The notes: generated by a model from the letters alone, not told the origin. 64,000 nucleotides of DNA from Corallochytrium limacisporum Hawaii (GCA_002811645.1 PDIP01000064.1:30521-94520), one strand, 5' to 3'; counted from the stretch's first letter, positions 47,445 through 57,172 are shown. Translations and numbers: made by a program.

Positions 47445-49341
47445 TGTTTCTCAATTCTAACGGCAAGAAAAGGCCGTATCCGTTCTGAAATTCTCTTACA
47501 TCACGGTCTGTCCGGGAATCCCTTAAGATTTCTTCGCCTGTCAACAGACTTTGAAATCATTACCGTCTCGATGCCTCCTATTGGTTACAGGAGCTTTCTA
47601 TGTTTTCAATACCAAGTGGAAACACTCCCGTGTCCGCATCAAAAAGCAGCTGCGATCAAAGTGCTCAGTGCGCAGCCACTCTCGTCCAGCGCAGTGACCG
47701 TGACAGGCGCGAAAAAACGAAAAACGGCAATACCAGACCTTCATTAATGATAAATTAGGGTTCAGCTATATACTTTCCCGCCCTCCGCGACCGACCGTGC
47801 CCGGGGGGACTGGCTTGCACGGCTCGGAGGGTATTGGTGCTGGAAATACAAAATTACTCAGAACGTGCAAAAACTGAACTGGAGGCCCTTCAGCCTCAGT
47901 TGGATCCAAACCTAATTCACGCTGTTGTTGTTTGGATCCGCAGAGTTCCGGTAGTGAACATACCGTTGCGTACACCTTGGTTGTCTCCTTCTCTCACAGA
48001 ACCCGCAGCGCCCTATTCCCATACTCTCTTCCCATTGGTAGTAAGACTTGCCAAAAACAGAAAATGTAGTTTCTATAGAAAACGTACCAACCTCGGCGAC
48101 TGATGATTTGGCGCCCCAGCCCCCCTCCCCAACCACCAAACCCTCCCTCACTATTCACCACCATGTTAACCCCCTCTCGGGTTTGAAATAATACCCACCT
48201 GCCCCTCTCCCTAACCAGACCTGTCACAAGGAACTACAGCAGATTCGCCTCAGTGAAGTATGTCTGTATTAACCAAAAATCTCCGCCGACCGTGTCCAGG
48301 TCGTACATTCCGAGTCGTGACTGTTGCTCTGACGGTTCCTGTTCAACCAGGGCTGCACGGTTGGTCGGTTTGTTTTGCTTTTTTTTTTTTTCGCATTCGA
48401 ACAGCTTTTGCTCATTTGAACGGTGCAATCTATGAACGCTCATAACTATTGTGTCGGTACATTCGTCAGTGTGGACAAATGGTTTCTGGTCTGTGGAAAA
48501 TGGTGTGTTCTTGTCAGTGGAACAATGTGCACCTCATATATTCACTATGCTAATTCGTCGCCATCGTGATCATTGCATGTGTCGGGAAATGTTGGGTTTT
48601 GTTCAGTCCCAGTGCCCCATGTAGCAATCACCGGCATTTTCTTTCCACCGCCGCCAGTATGTTGTCGGTGAGGAGAGTATGTTGCATCTCCTGCTCTCTG
48701 GCAACGTCGAGGGCACCATGTCGTAGTTGGCAGAGGAGACGAATGGCGTACCGCAGCAGTGGAGAAACAAGTGCCCGAAAATGTCGGCGGGTCATTCGTC
48801 GTAGGGCTTGCGTCTGCTTAACTGTTGGGCCAGCCTTTATTGCTCAGGCTTTCCTTGAGCGATCGTTCGATGGTGATCTGGTCGAACATATTGGAGGAAT
48901 TGGGCACACAATGCCCATGCGTACATTGGCTATAGGTCAAAGGGACCTACGTGCGAGTTGTGTCATTCGAATTCCGATTCAATGTTGGAGTGTGGCCGGT
49001 GCGATGTTTTCATTCTTTCTGAAAAAGCGAGCTCCCCGACTATGCGAGTTGGATTCGTTTTGGCCCCAACCACCTTACACACACGGATTGGCCGGAAATA
49101 TGAGTAGCCGAGCATGCCGCGAATAACAAGGGCACGGATTCACCATCTCTACAGTTTAGAGCAGAATGATCCTTCTCTGCACACTTGCGTGCATTGTATG
49201 TTCTGAATATATGCTGTATTAGTGTCCGTTATACCTGGCTATTTTGGGTGCGATAGGACGAAATCAAAATCCCTGACAAGTACATAATCCACATGGTAGG
49301 AAGAGCACGGTTCTCCGGTGCAACTCGAACTATTCAACGCC

Positions 49342-50040
49342 ATGCCTAACAAAGAAGTTGAGGGAGCAGTTAATACATGGGACGTAAACCTGTGCGAGAC
49401 CTGCGTTAAGGTCCCTGCATATTGGTGTTGCTCGTTCTGGACGCCATGCTGTTTTGTGTGCCGTCAACGTATTCGAATTTTGGGTGGTCCAAACGTTTGG
49501 CGCGATAACTACGTCTGCTGTGGCGGTATCTGCGGTAACTGCTGCAAGGCGTGCGGTAATCTCGACAAGAAGTGCCCGGATGTCTGTCTATGCATCGAGA
49601 GCTTCTTCTGCTTCTGGTTCGCCACCAGCGGTAACCGGTTCCTCCTGCAGTCGACCTACAAGATCAGGAATACTCCTCTCGAAAACTGTCTGCTAATCTT
49701 TGCCTGCATTTGCTCCTGGGTCCGCTGCATTGCATCATTCTTCATTGATCTGCCGCAGGAACTCGAGTTCCTCATCGATATCCTGTACGCCATGCTGGCC
49801 AGCTGTATGTTGTCCCAGCAGGAGGCTGAGATTGATTTCCAGACTGGCACTGCAGGTGAGATCTATTGCTTCACGCCATACAAGAACCGTGTCCACGAGA
49901 GACAGCCTCAACCGCAGCCTGCTGCTGCTGGTCCACCCGGCTACCCCGGACCTCCCGGCGGTGCTCCTCCACCTGGCTACGGTGACCCTAATTCTCAGGG
50001 CGGCTACCCGCCCCAGGGCTACCCTGCGCCCAAGAATTGA
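49342..50040 (+). CDS. PLAC8-family cysteine-rich protein with a Pro/Gly/Tyr-rich C-terminal tail
   Basis: W...LC...WCCSFWTPCCF and CxxxLSQQEAEI pattern; GYPGPPGG/GYPPQGYP tail. Confidence 0.8.
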   Translation: MPNKEVEGAVNTWDVNLCETCVKVPAYWCCSFWTPCCFVCRQRIRILGGPNVWRDNYVCCGGICGNCCKACGNLDKKCPDVCLCIESFFCFWFATSGNRFLLQSTYKIRNTPLENCLLIFACICSWVRCIASFFIDLPQELEFLIDILYAMLASCMLSQQEAEIDFQTGTAGEIYCFTPYKNRVHERQPQPQPAAAGPPGYPGPPGGAPPPGYGDPNSQGGYPPQGYPAPKN

Positions 50041-50245
50041 TGAAAGTGTGACAATGAAAAAGGTCAATTATAATTCATCGTCAACGTAGTGAGTATTCAT
50101 ACTGTTGTTTGGTCGGGAGCTGACGGGTTTTGACAAGTATATTGATAAGCAGTTTCCAGTTCCTGAGGCTTGAAACTACAATAACTTGTAAATACATGAT
50201 TCTGCAAAGGACAGCTACTATGTAATCTTCTTTAGTTTATTGTCA

Positions 50246-50722
50246 TTACGCTGCTCGCGGCCCTATACTGGGCATGGCGGATACCAAAGTCTTCAGGTCG
50301 TCTAAATGCGAACTGATGGCCTGCTCTACTATGGAAGCTGTGTACGACGAGACTGCGCTGGGCTGAGTGACACAGTGGACCAACACACTCTCCTGCTTGT
50401 TCTGTAAATAGAACAATGACGTAATCGTCCGATTGCCACGAATGTGTGCTGCTTGCATGGTTCTAGAATTGGATATTCCTGACATGAATCCTTCCAATGA
50501 CGTGTGCAGCAACCGAATAACTGGGGCGAAGTCCTCATCAGCCTCCAGTTCTGCATTCGTTTTGGTGGATCTGGCCACAATTTCTGGCTGGTCTCCTACA
50601 ATGACATATGCACTCTTCCTTCCCGGGGGATACGGTTCTAACAAGGCGTCCAGCGTCCTTTGTATCTGCTTTCTAACCGCTTTGGGGCCCTTCTTGCTCC
50701 GAGAGCACAGGCTTGGTGCCAT
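50246..50722 (-). CDS. Small hypothetical protein (possibly profilin/roadblock/longin-like alpha-beta fold)
   Basis: 158-aa ATG ORF with a helix-strand-strand-helix-strands-helix pattern; divergent from the snoRNA-host/KIN17 unit. Confidence 0.55.
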   Translation of the reverse strand: MAPSLCSRSKKGPKAVRKQIQRTLDALLEPYPPGRKSAYVIVGDQPEIVARSTKTNAELEADEDFAPVIRLLHTSLEGFMSGISNSRTMQAAHIRGNRTITSLFYLQNKQESVLVHCVTQPSAVSSYTASIVEQAISSHLDDLKTLVSAMPSIGPRAA

Positions 50723-51306
50723 GCTTTGGTACTGACTTACAAACGTCTGTGGTGAGAGCACTATGTCATAGGTCCTCTTCTCCCCAAAGAGCCTTTCGTC
50801 AATGTCCCTCTAGGTATTTGCATAAACACATAGAATTAAAATGTCATCGATGGCCAATTTGAAATACTCTCACAGCCCTTCGCACGGAGTCATTTGGCCA
50901 CTGAGAAACGACGGTGTGTCAGTTGCGGGTGACTCTGCGGGGCCGTTCGGACGTCAGCCCCAATTGTTGCCGCCCCGGGGTGGGGGGGGGTTTCCCGCGC
51001 GCAGAATTTGACAGCAATCCGAGGGTGGCTGCTCATGTTGAGAGGGGAGCCCTCCCTTCCTTCCGCCCTCAGAAGAAACAGCGCCAGGCGGGACCGCGTG
51101 GCAGACAATTTTGTCAAAGTTTACAGGCCAATTGGCTTATTCCTTCATCAATGGGTAACTTTCTTTAGACGACAGACATAATGAATCTCCTTGGTATTTA
51201 GAGGGATGACAAAAATATGCGGCCATACCGGTTAGCATCGGAGAAGCATTCTCGAGCGTGGCGCTGGCGTTACGCAACGGGTTTGAAACAGTTTGCTTGT
51301 TAAAGA

Positions 51307-51554
51307 GTAGGTAACTGAATCCGATACGACGTGGTCAATGATACGGTGATGACTTCTATCCTTCAAAGTTCTATGAAGTCCACTTGAAGTTCTAAAGAGT
51401 CATTCTTCAGAATTTCGCCGGGCGCTTATACCTGATTCATATTTGTCATAGTTACACTGATGTGGTTGTTGACCCGAAACATACCCGGTTTCAAAATTTG
51501 TGAACTTAATTTACTGACTCTGGCTTATCTTTCTTGCTCTGTTATTGAAATTAG
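51307..51554 (+). other. Spliceosomal intron 1 of the snoRNA-host/KIN17 leader
   Basis: Donor GTAGGT (51307) or GTAACT (51311); branch TACTGAC at 51512-51518; pyrimidine tract; TAG at 51554. Confidence 0.7.
51341..51463 (+). ncRNA. SNORD46: Box C/D snoRNA, SNORD46/snR63-like (LSU rRNA Am2256, yeast numbering)
   Basis: Box C GTGATGA at 51346-51352; guide GTCATAGTTAC at 51445-51455 is antisense to LSU GUAACUAUGAC; box D CTGA at 51457-51460; D+5 selects the second A of GUAAC; flanking stem ggtcaatgat/gttgttgacc. Confidence 0.85.
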
Positions 51555-51631
51555 ATGTAAATCGTGCGTGCTGACGGTCTTCCCGAAGTCTATGATTTGT
51601 AAGACGATCGGATCAGCCATTCTCGCCAACG

Positions 51632-51890
51632 GTAAGTAATTGCATTACTCAAGTCCAGGAGGAGCTGGAAGGGATGATTCGATGATGAAAGAACTTTTTC
51701 TGTCAATCCACTGAAGAGGGCGCACTACCCACAATTAGCGCGTGCGGGCGTTCTTCACTGTTTATCCAAAAAGTGTATTCATACTGCCTGAAGTTTCATC
51801 CCTTTCTGGTCCTGTCCGGGTTCATTCTTCAAGGGATTTCTTGACCGCTAACATTATCTACATTCAGTCTTTTCCTTTTTTTCTTCTTAG
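51632..51890 (+). other. Spliceosomal intron 2 of the snoRNA-host/KIN17 leader
   Basis: GTAAGT at 51632; GCTAAC at 51847-51852; long U/C tract; TAG at 51890. Confidence 0.85.
51677..51795 (+). ncRNA. Dual-guide box C/D snoRNA (18S Um1288-equivalent and LSU Um2729-equivalent)
   Basis: Box C ATGATGA at 51682-51688; TCTGTCAATCC-A-CTGA (D' at 51711) is antisense to SSU GGAUUGACAGA; TGTATTCATACTG-C-CTGA (D at 51788) is antisense to LSU CAGURUGAAUACA; terminal stem ggaagggatga/tcatccctttc. Confidence 0.85.
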
Positions 51891-51957
51891 CTAGCCACAC
51901 GAACACTGGTCTTTACGAATTGGAGAGACATTCAGTTCGACACTAGTGTCAGTTCTA

Positions 51958-52191
51958 GTAGGTATTTCTGTTATACACCAGTGCTGGTTGGGCGTTTACT
52001 GCAGCTGATGAGTTTTTGTTGTCGCCCCAGTCTGAACTACACTGTTGAGTGACCTTGTCCATACAGCCAATTTACGGACAGACTGACCTCGTCCTACCAG
52101 CACTCTTTGAATCCTTAGTGTTCTACGCAAGAACTTGGGCTTACTAACCTCCAAGAACACATCAACATAGCTCTTTCTTTTTCCTATTCAG
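51958..52191 (+). other. Spliceosomal intron 3 of the snoRNA-host/KIN17 leader
   Basis: Donor GTAGGT (51958) or GTATTT (51962); perfect TACTAAC at 52142-52148; pyrimidine tract; CAG at 52191, 39 nt before the KIN17 ATG. Confidence 0.8.
52001..52089 (+). ncRNA. SNORD31: Box C/D snoRNA, SNORD31/snR67-like (LSU P-loop Gm2619, yeast numbering)
   Basis: Box C TGATGA at 52006-52011; guide TGTCGCCCCAGT-CTGA (D' at 52032) is antisense to LSU CUGGGGCGG; C'-like TGTTGA; box D CTGA at 52083; terminal stem agtgctggt/accagcact. Confidence 0.85.
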
Positions 52192-52230
52192 ATGCACTAC
52201 CTCTTGTCTCGGTGATCGTCAATTGACACA

Positions 52231-53019
52231 ATGGGGCGAGCAAACACCAACAGAAAGAAGCAGAGTCGCGGCCTGAAACAGGTACGCTTTTACTGTCAGA
52301 TCTGCGAGAAGCAATGCTCGGATGCAAATGGATACAAATGCCATTTGGCTAGCCCATCCCACAAACGGCAAATGGAGCTTGTTCAACTGAAACCTGAGCA
52401 ATACGCAGAAAGGTTCTCCAACCAGTTCCTCCAGGGATTTCTTGAGGTCTTAGAGGAAAACTTTGGAACAAAGCCTGTCGATGCAAACAAAGTGTATAAC
52501 CTATTCGTCAGTGACCCTGGTCATGTTCATATGAATGCGACGCAATGGAGCGGGCTTGGGCAATTTGTTCGCTGGCTCGGCAAACACGGGTATGCAACAT
52601 TGACCAAGACGGACGCATTCTATGATATTACCTATATTCCCAGCGGAGACCCTGAGGAGGAAGATGACACGTCTGGTCCAATGTCTCGAAATCACCAAGA
52701 ACAGGAACTTGCCAAAGACGCGAGCCGACAAGATCGACTGCTTGCGAAACAGATCAAGACTGGTTGGAAGAGGCAAACATCATCTAAAGTTGCTGGCAAC
52801 GATAGGGATGCAAAGGTGTCGTCACTTGAGAGGGCCCGTGCTTCGGATCCCTCAGCGGCAGAACAGAAGATTGCTATTACACTGGGATCTTCGGATGCTA
52901 CTACCAGTCGCAGTGCGGATGACAAGAAAGGCCAGAAGCGTCGCGCAGTCGCTCTTGGGGACAATGTTGACGCCACGGATGTCAATCCACACAAAAAGAA
53001 GCCAGTCTCTTTGGGATAA
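52231..53019 (+). CDS. KIN17: KIN17/Rts2-like zinc-finger and winged-helix protein lacking C-terminal KOW domains
   Basis: GLKQVRFYCQICEKQCSDANGYKCHLASPSHKRQM and HVHMNATQWSGLGQFVRWLGK motifs. Confidence 0.88.
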   Translation: MGRANTNRKKQSRGLKQVRFYCQICEKQCSDANGYKCHLASPSHKRQMELVQLKPEQYAERFSNQFLQGFLEVLEENFGTKPVDANKVYNLFVSDPGHVHMNATQWSGLGQFVRWLGKHGYATLTKTDAFYDITYIPSGDPEEEDDTSGPMSRNHQEQELAKDASRQDRLLAKQIKTGWKRQTSSKVAGNDRDAKVSSLERARASDPSAAEQKIAITLGSSDATTSRSADDKKGQKRRAVALGDNVDATDVNPHKKKPVSLG

Positions 53020-53091
53020 GCAATGGGGCACATCAAATAAGGACACTGTACAGTCCACATTAAAGAATCAGAATCCACCATGTCTCTGGGT

Positions 53092-54711
53092 TTAATTTCC
53101 TTTATGTTTTAAGGGATTGCGGCGAGCTTTTCCTCGGTCCTGTGTATCCGGTTCTTTTCCCTTCGCATCCAACCGCGGGGAGGACACGAGTTCCGACTGG
53201 CTCAGACCGGGCACCTCATCGACTGTCCGAGCAGTGTCCTGCCGTTGAGTGCCCATGTGGGCAGCACCTGATGCAGGACCTAATGGCAGGGTCATATGCA
53301 GTGCATCTGTGTTCAAGGGATACAAGCCATTCATGGCTACGGCATTGGTTGATGTGCCCAGGCCGGTGGCTGTTCGAGACGCATTTGTTGTGGCATCTGC
53401 AGCCAAATTGACGTTCGAAAGAGATATCACGCGTAGGCTAGCCTCCGCTGCGTCTCTTTCTGCAGTGATGCGGCGGATCTCTCCGTTGGCTTTTAGAAGT
53501 GCATTCATGGCATCATGGTAAAGATCGCCGTCTGCCAATGACGGACTACGGGCCAGATCCCTGGTCGTGGATCCAAGGTCTGCCTGCGCCAAATCGAAAT
53601 CTGATTGCTGTCGGCTCAAGGCACGTTTCAATTCCGATTTTGTGCGTTCAGCAGTTTGCAGTGCTTCCGCTGCTTCAATGGCCGCAGCGTCTGCATCTGC
53701 CTGGGCCGCATAGAGGCTCTCACGGGACTGCTGGGCCTCCGATTTGACTTTCAAATAGCGACTAAAGAGTTTTCCGTACGAATTCAAAATCACGCTTACG
53801 TCGTCTGCAATATTCTTCAGTGCGTGATCTTCAGCTCTGAACGCCGTAAGATCCGTTTGCCAGCCCTGAAGGTCCCGGAGGACACGATCAACCTGCACAG
53901 GGCTACTTTGTACATCTTTCTGCCTGCTTTCCATCACGGATGCTCGCGACTTAGTGACCAGTTTTTGAAGTAGGGGCAGACTCTTTCGGGCTGCCTCCAT
54001 CCGTGCTCCAGCCCGATCTGAATTGACCTGGCTTTCCTCCACAGCCATGGTCAATCTATGGACATCGTCCTCCAACTGCCGTTGACGAAGCTGGGCGAGA
54101 TCTCGGTCTCGGACGGCCTGCTCACACCGGTTCTGGACGTCCTTCAGAACCTTCTGTGTAGAAGAAATATCATGTTTCAATCGCTGAACCTCACGCGACT
54201 GTGATCCTCCGGGTCTGCTTTGGTTCTGTGGCTGGGACTGCTTCAATTCTCTCAGCTCAGATTCCAAAGACTCAATCTTGTCATTGGCCCAGTCCCAGTC
54301 GGCCTTGCTCACACGATCCGCCTTCTTATGGCCCACTTGATTGTTCTTAGCTACATCAAGCTCTTCCTCTAGCTCTGAAATGCGCTTAACCGCCTTGTGC
54401 AACCGATCTACTACCTTCTCGAGATACAGGCTATCGTCCTTGGTGCTCGAGCTCCTGCGGGGCTTTTGAATTGACTTCGGTGTTGAAATATTAACCCGGT
54501 TGCTTCTACTGGCATTGCTAGGTGCCGAACTCTTATGTTCAGCGCTGCTAAGGATGTTGTGGCATAGATCCACTGATTCGTGTGCATATATAATACTGTT
54601 ATACAGGTCTTCAATCTCGTGCTCGAGACTCCGATCGACCCGATCAGAGACGGCCATTGGTCCCGTACTATCTTTGTTCACTATGTCATCACTGTGTCTC
54701 ACATTGTTCAC
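53092..54711 (-). CDS. Hypothetical coiled-coil protein (539 aa)
   Basis: Long ATG ORF, heptad-rich; no family recognised. Confidence 0.75.
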   Translation of the reverse strand: MNNVRHSDDIVNKDSTGPMAVSDRVDRSLEHEIEDLYNSIIYAHESVDLCHNILSSAEHKSSAPSNASRSNRVNISTPKSIQKPRRSSSTKDDSLYLEKVVDRLHKAVKRISELEEELDVAKNNQVGHKKADRVSKADWDWANDKIESLESELRELKQSQPQNQSRPGGSQSREVQRLKHDISSTQKVLKDVQNRCEQAVRDRDLAQLRQRQLEDDVHRLTMAVEESQVNSDRAGARMEAARKSLPLLQKLVTKSRASVMESRQKDVQSSPVQVDRVLRDLQGWQTDLTAFRAEDHALKNIADDVSVILNSYGKLFSRYLKVKSEAQQSRESLYAAQADADAAAIEAAEALQTAERTKSELKRALSRQQSDFDLAQADLGSTTRDLARSPSLADGDLYHDAMNALLKANGEIRRITAERDAAEASLRVISLSNVNLAADATTNASRTATGLGTSTNAVAMNGLYPLNTDALHMTLPLGPASGAAHMGTQRQDTARTVDEVPGLSQSELVSSPRLDAKGKEPDTQDRGKARRNPLKHKGN

Positions 54712-55329
54712 AAATAATCTTCACACTCCCAGATGCAGATGTCACAGACACTCCAATCGAATGAAGCAGTTCTCTCGCCGCAAGCTGCGAGTTGCTGCGA
54801 AGTACCTGCCCTCTAGGTTCGCGGCCACCAGCCGAACGGTCTCTCGTAACCCTCCCGGTGAATACGCAGCCCAAGGGGGAGCCCAGCTCCCGTGCTGGCG
54901 AATAGTGAAAAGCCACCAAAGTCCCGCCAAAAAGACTGGAGCGTCAAAAATTCGGCCCCGAGAGCGGGGTGGGTGGGAGATGGGCGATTGAGCGGCCGGC
55001 AGGTCCACGGAGACACCCTTCTCTGGCGCCCACCTCCCCATTTACGCGACTGCAAGGTCCTTGAGACCCAGCAACCGGTTTCAGCGGAGATCTCATGGCG
55101 CACAGATTGTGAACTCTGTAAGGACTGACGAGGCTGGTGTGCTTAATTTGACAAAAACGGTACAGGTTAAAAGAAAGTGATTCCCAGAGGTCATTCTGAG
55201 CATCTTGTCAGTACAAGACGCGAGTCACTAGTAACATATTTTGTGCTTAATTCTCCTGTCTTGTCACGTGGAACTTATGAAAGACACTTTGACAAGACTC
55301 GTACACGAACACACATAGAACACAGCAGA

Positions 55330-55629
55330 ATGTATTGTATACAACTTTTGTTGCCGTTCCTCCTGATGCCACGGCAATTGTATGTAATGCCGGGATACCC
55401 GTTCCTCTGGGTTGCAACATTATTAGCGATCGTCCTCGAATTCAAACCATGCCTGGTATGCACGGTCATTCTGACTGTTGTTATATTCATGGCTTGCAGT
55501 AGCGGAATGTTGCATTTGTGTCCCGCAATCTGCGAAACGCAAGTGTTTGAAGGACAGCAGAACTGCCTCAACAAACTCAGTGAAGTCTTCGGAGCCGGGT
55601 CCGGCCTGCCGAGCATAGTGACTGTATGA
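55330..55629 (+). CDS. BLCAP: Bladder cancer-associated protein (BLCAP/BC10)
   Basis: MYCIQLLLPFLLMPR...LEFKPCLVCT matches BLCAP MYCLQWLLPVLLIPK...LERKPCTIC. Confidence 0.85.
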   Translation: MYCIQLLLPFLLMPRQLYVMPGYPFLWVATLLAIVLEFKPCLVCTVILTVVIFMACSSGMLHLCPAICETQVFEGQQNCLNKLSEVFGAGSGLPSIVTV

Positions 55630-55807
55630 GTTTGACATCCAATTTGCGAAATACAAAGTTAAAGAAGAAGTAGTACACAATACTCATCATTGACAGTGCT
55701 TTGCACATTAAAATACGAATAGTAAGTCGCTATATTTGTACAAGCTCTATGCCTTTGGAACCCTCCAAGCCAGTGATGCAGCATGTGAACATACCCTGAT
55801 CTGACCA

Positions 55808-57172
55808 TTACAAGTCCTCAGTTTCCTCCTCCATGGAGATACCTTGCTCCTCGAGGCGCTTCAGCAGAATGGGCCACAGATCCTCAGTAAGAGGAGCAAA
55901 GACACCGGTCTTGGTGATCTCACCGTCCAGGATCATCTGAGTGGCAATGGCACAGGGCACACCAACCAGATACGCCATGGCACTAGGTCCCTCTGGTTCC
56001 GGTTCACCATACTTGACGAGGGTGCAGGTCTTGCGCTGGCGGCGACCATCTGGATAGCTGGCAAAGAATTCGTGCTGCAGCAGAATCAGATCACGCTCGC
56101 CCTCTGCAAACATCATGCGGACCTTCATGTTCTCGCAAAGGCAGTCAAGGTACGTACCCACTTGCTTGGCCTCCTCGTCGCTGATCACTCCGAGCCAGCG
56201 CAGACCGCTCACAATGCGATTCAATTCTGATCCAGTCAGCCCGGTTTTGGCCGCTACTGCCTTCTCAAGTGAGGCGTTGTCACTGCCAGCAGCGTCCAGC
56301 ATCTTGGCCAGCAAATCGCGCCACTTCATGGCAGGGGCACCGGGCTGCAGGAAGTCACGGGCGTCGTCGTTAAGGAAACCCATGTCGGCAAGCGCCTGTA
56401 CAAAGACAGGATTACCCTCGTAGCGCAGAGAACCACGCAGGCAGGTCTTGCACTCTGGCATGCCGTAGCGAGTGTCATAGTAGGAAGAGTCCCGATTAGG
56501 GTAACCCCAGGTAGAGAAGCCGGGCTTAACGTTGACACGCTCAGGACCATCAGTCATGAGCTTAGGACCGGGCACAGTCACAACCTGGCCATCCTTCTTG
56601 AACTTGGCCTCGTTGCGGGCAGCCAGGAGGACACCGCGGGGACTCCAGGAGAACTTGTAACCGAAGGGGTTACCGCTGTCCTTGGGGTCAGGCAAACCGC
56701 CGGCGTAGGACTTGAAGGAGTCGATCGAACCACCCTGGTCGTGAACTTCCTTGATAACCTTGAGGGCATAGAGATGATCCATACCCGGATCGAAACCAAT
56801 CTCATTCATGACAGTCAGACCAAGGCTCTTGGCCTCACCGTCGAACTCCGCCATCTGAGGAGACACATAGGAAGTGGACACGAAATTCTTTTTGTTTTTC
56901 AGGCAGGACTTGATGATGAGAGCATGCTGGGTGTATGGAACCAAAGAAACCACAATATCGTGGGCAGCGACTTGGGCGTCGAGATCAGCCTCGTTGGAGA
57001 CATCGAGGACGATTGGAAAGACTCGGTCGCTATTCATCTTGGCCGCTAGCTTCTCGCCATTCTCTTTGGTGCGAGATCCCACAGTGACCACATTTTCGGG
57101 CCTGGCGTCAATCATCCACTTCACAAAGGGAGGCACGACTAGGCCGGTACCGCAGCAAAGAATCTTAGGCAT
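55808..57172 (-). CDS. LYS9: Saccharopine dehydrogenase (NADP+, L-glutamate-forming)
   Basis: Rossmann GTGLV, STSYVSP, MNEIGFDPGMDH, SYAGGLP, GYKFSWSPRGVL and YPNRDS motifs; true start is the ATG at 57172. Confidence 0.93.
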   Translation of the reverse strand: MPKILCCGTGLVVPPFVKWMIDARPENVVTVGSRTKENGEKLAAKMNSDRVFPIVLDVSNEADLDAQVAAHDIVVSLVPYTQHALIIKSCLKNKKNFVSTSYVSPQMAEFDGEAKSLGLTVMNEIGFDPGMDHLYALKVIKEVHDQGGSIDSFKSYAGGLPDPKDSGNPFGYKFSWSPRGVLLAARNEAKFKKDGQVVTVPGPKLMTDGPERVNVKPGFSTWGYPNRDSSYYDTRYGMPECKTCLRGSLRYEGNPVFVQALADMGFLNDDARDFLQPGAPAMKWRDLLAKMLDAAGSDNASLEKAVAAKTGLTGSELNRIVSGLRWLGVISDEEAKQVGTYLDCLCENMKVRMMFAEGERDLILLQHEFFASYPDGRRQRKTCTLVKYGEPEPEGPSAMAYLVGVPCAIATQMILDGEITKTGVFAPLTEDLWPILLKRLEEQGISMEEETEDL

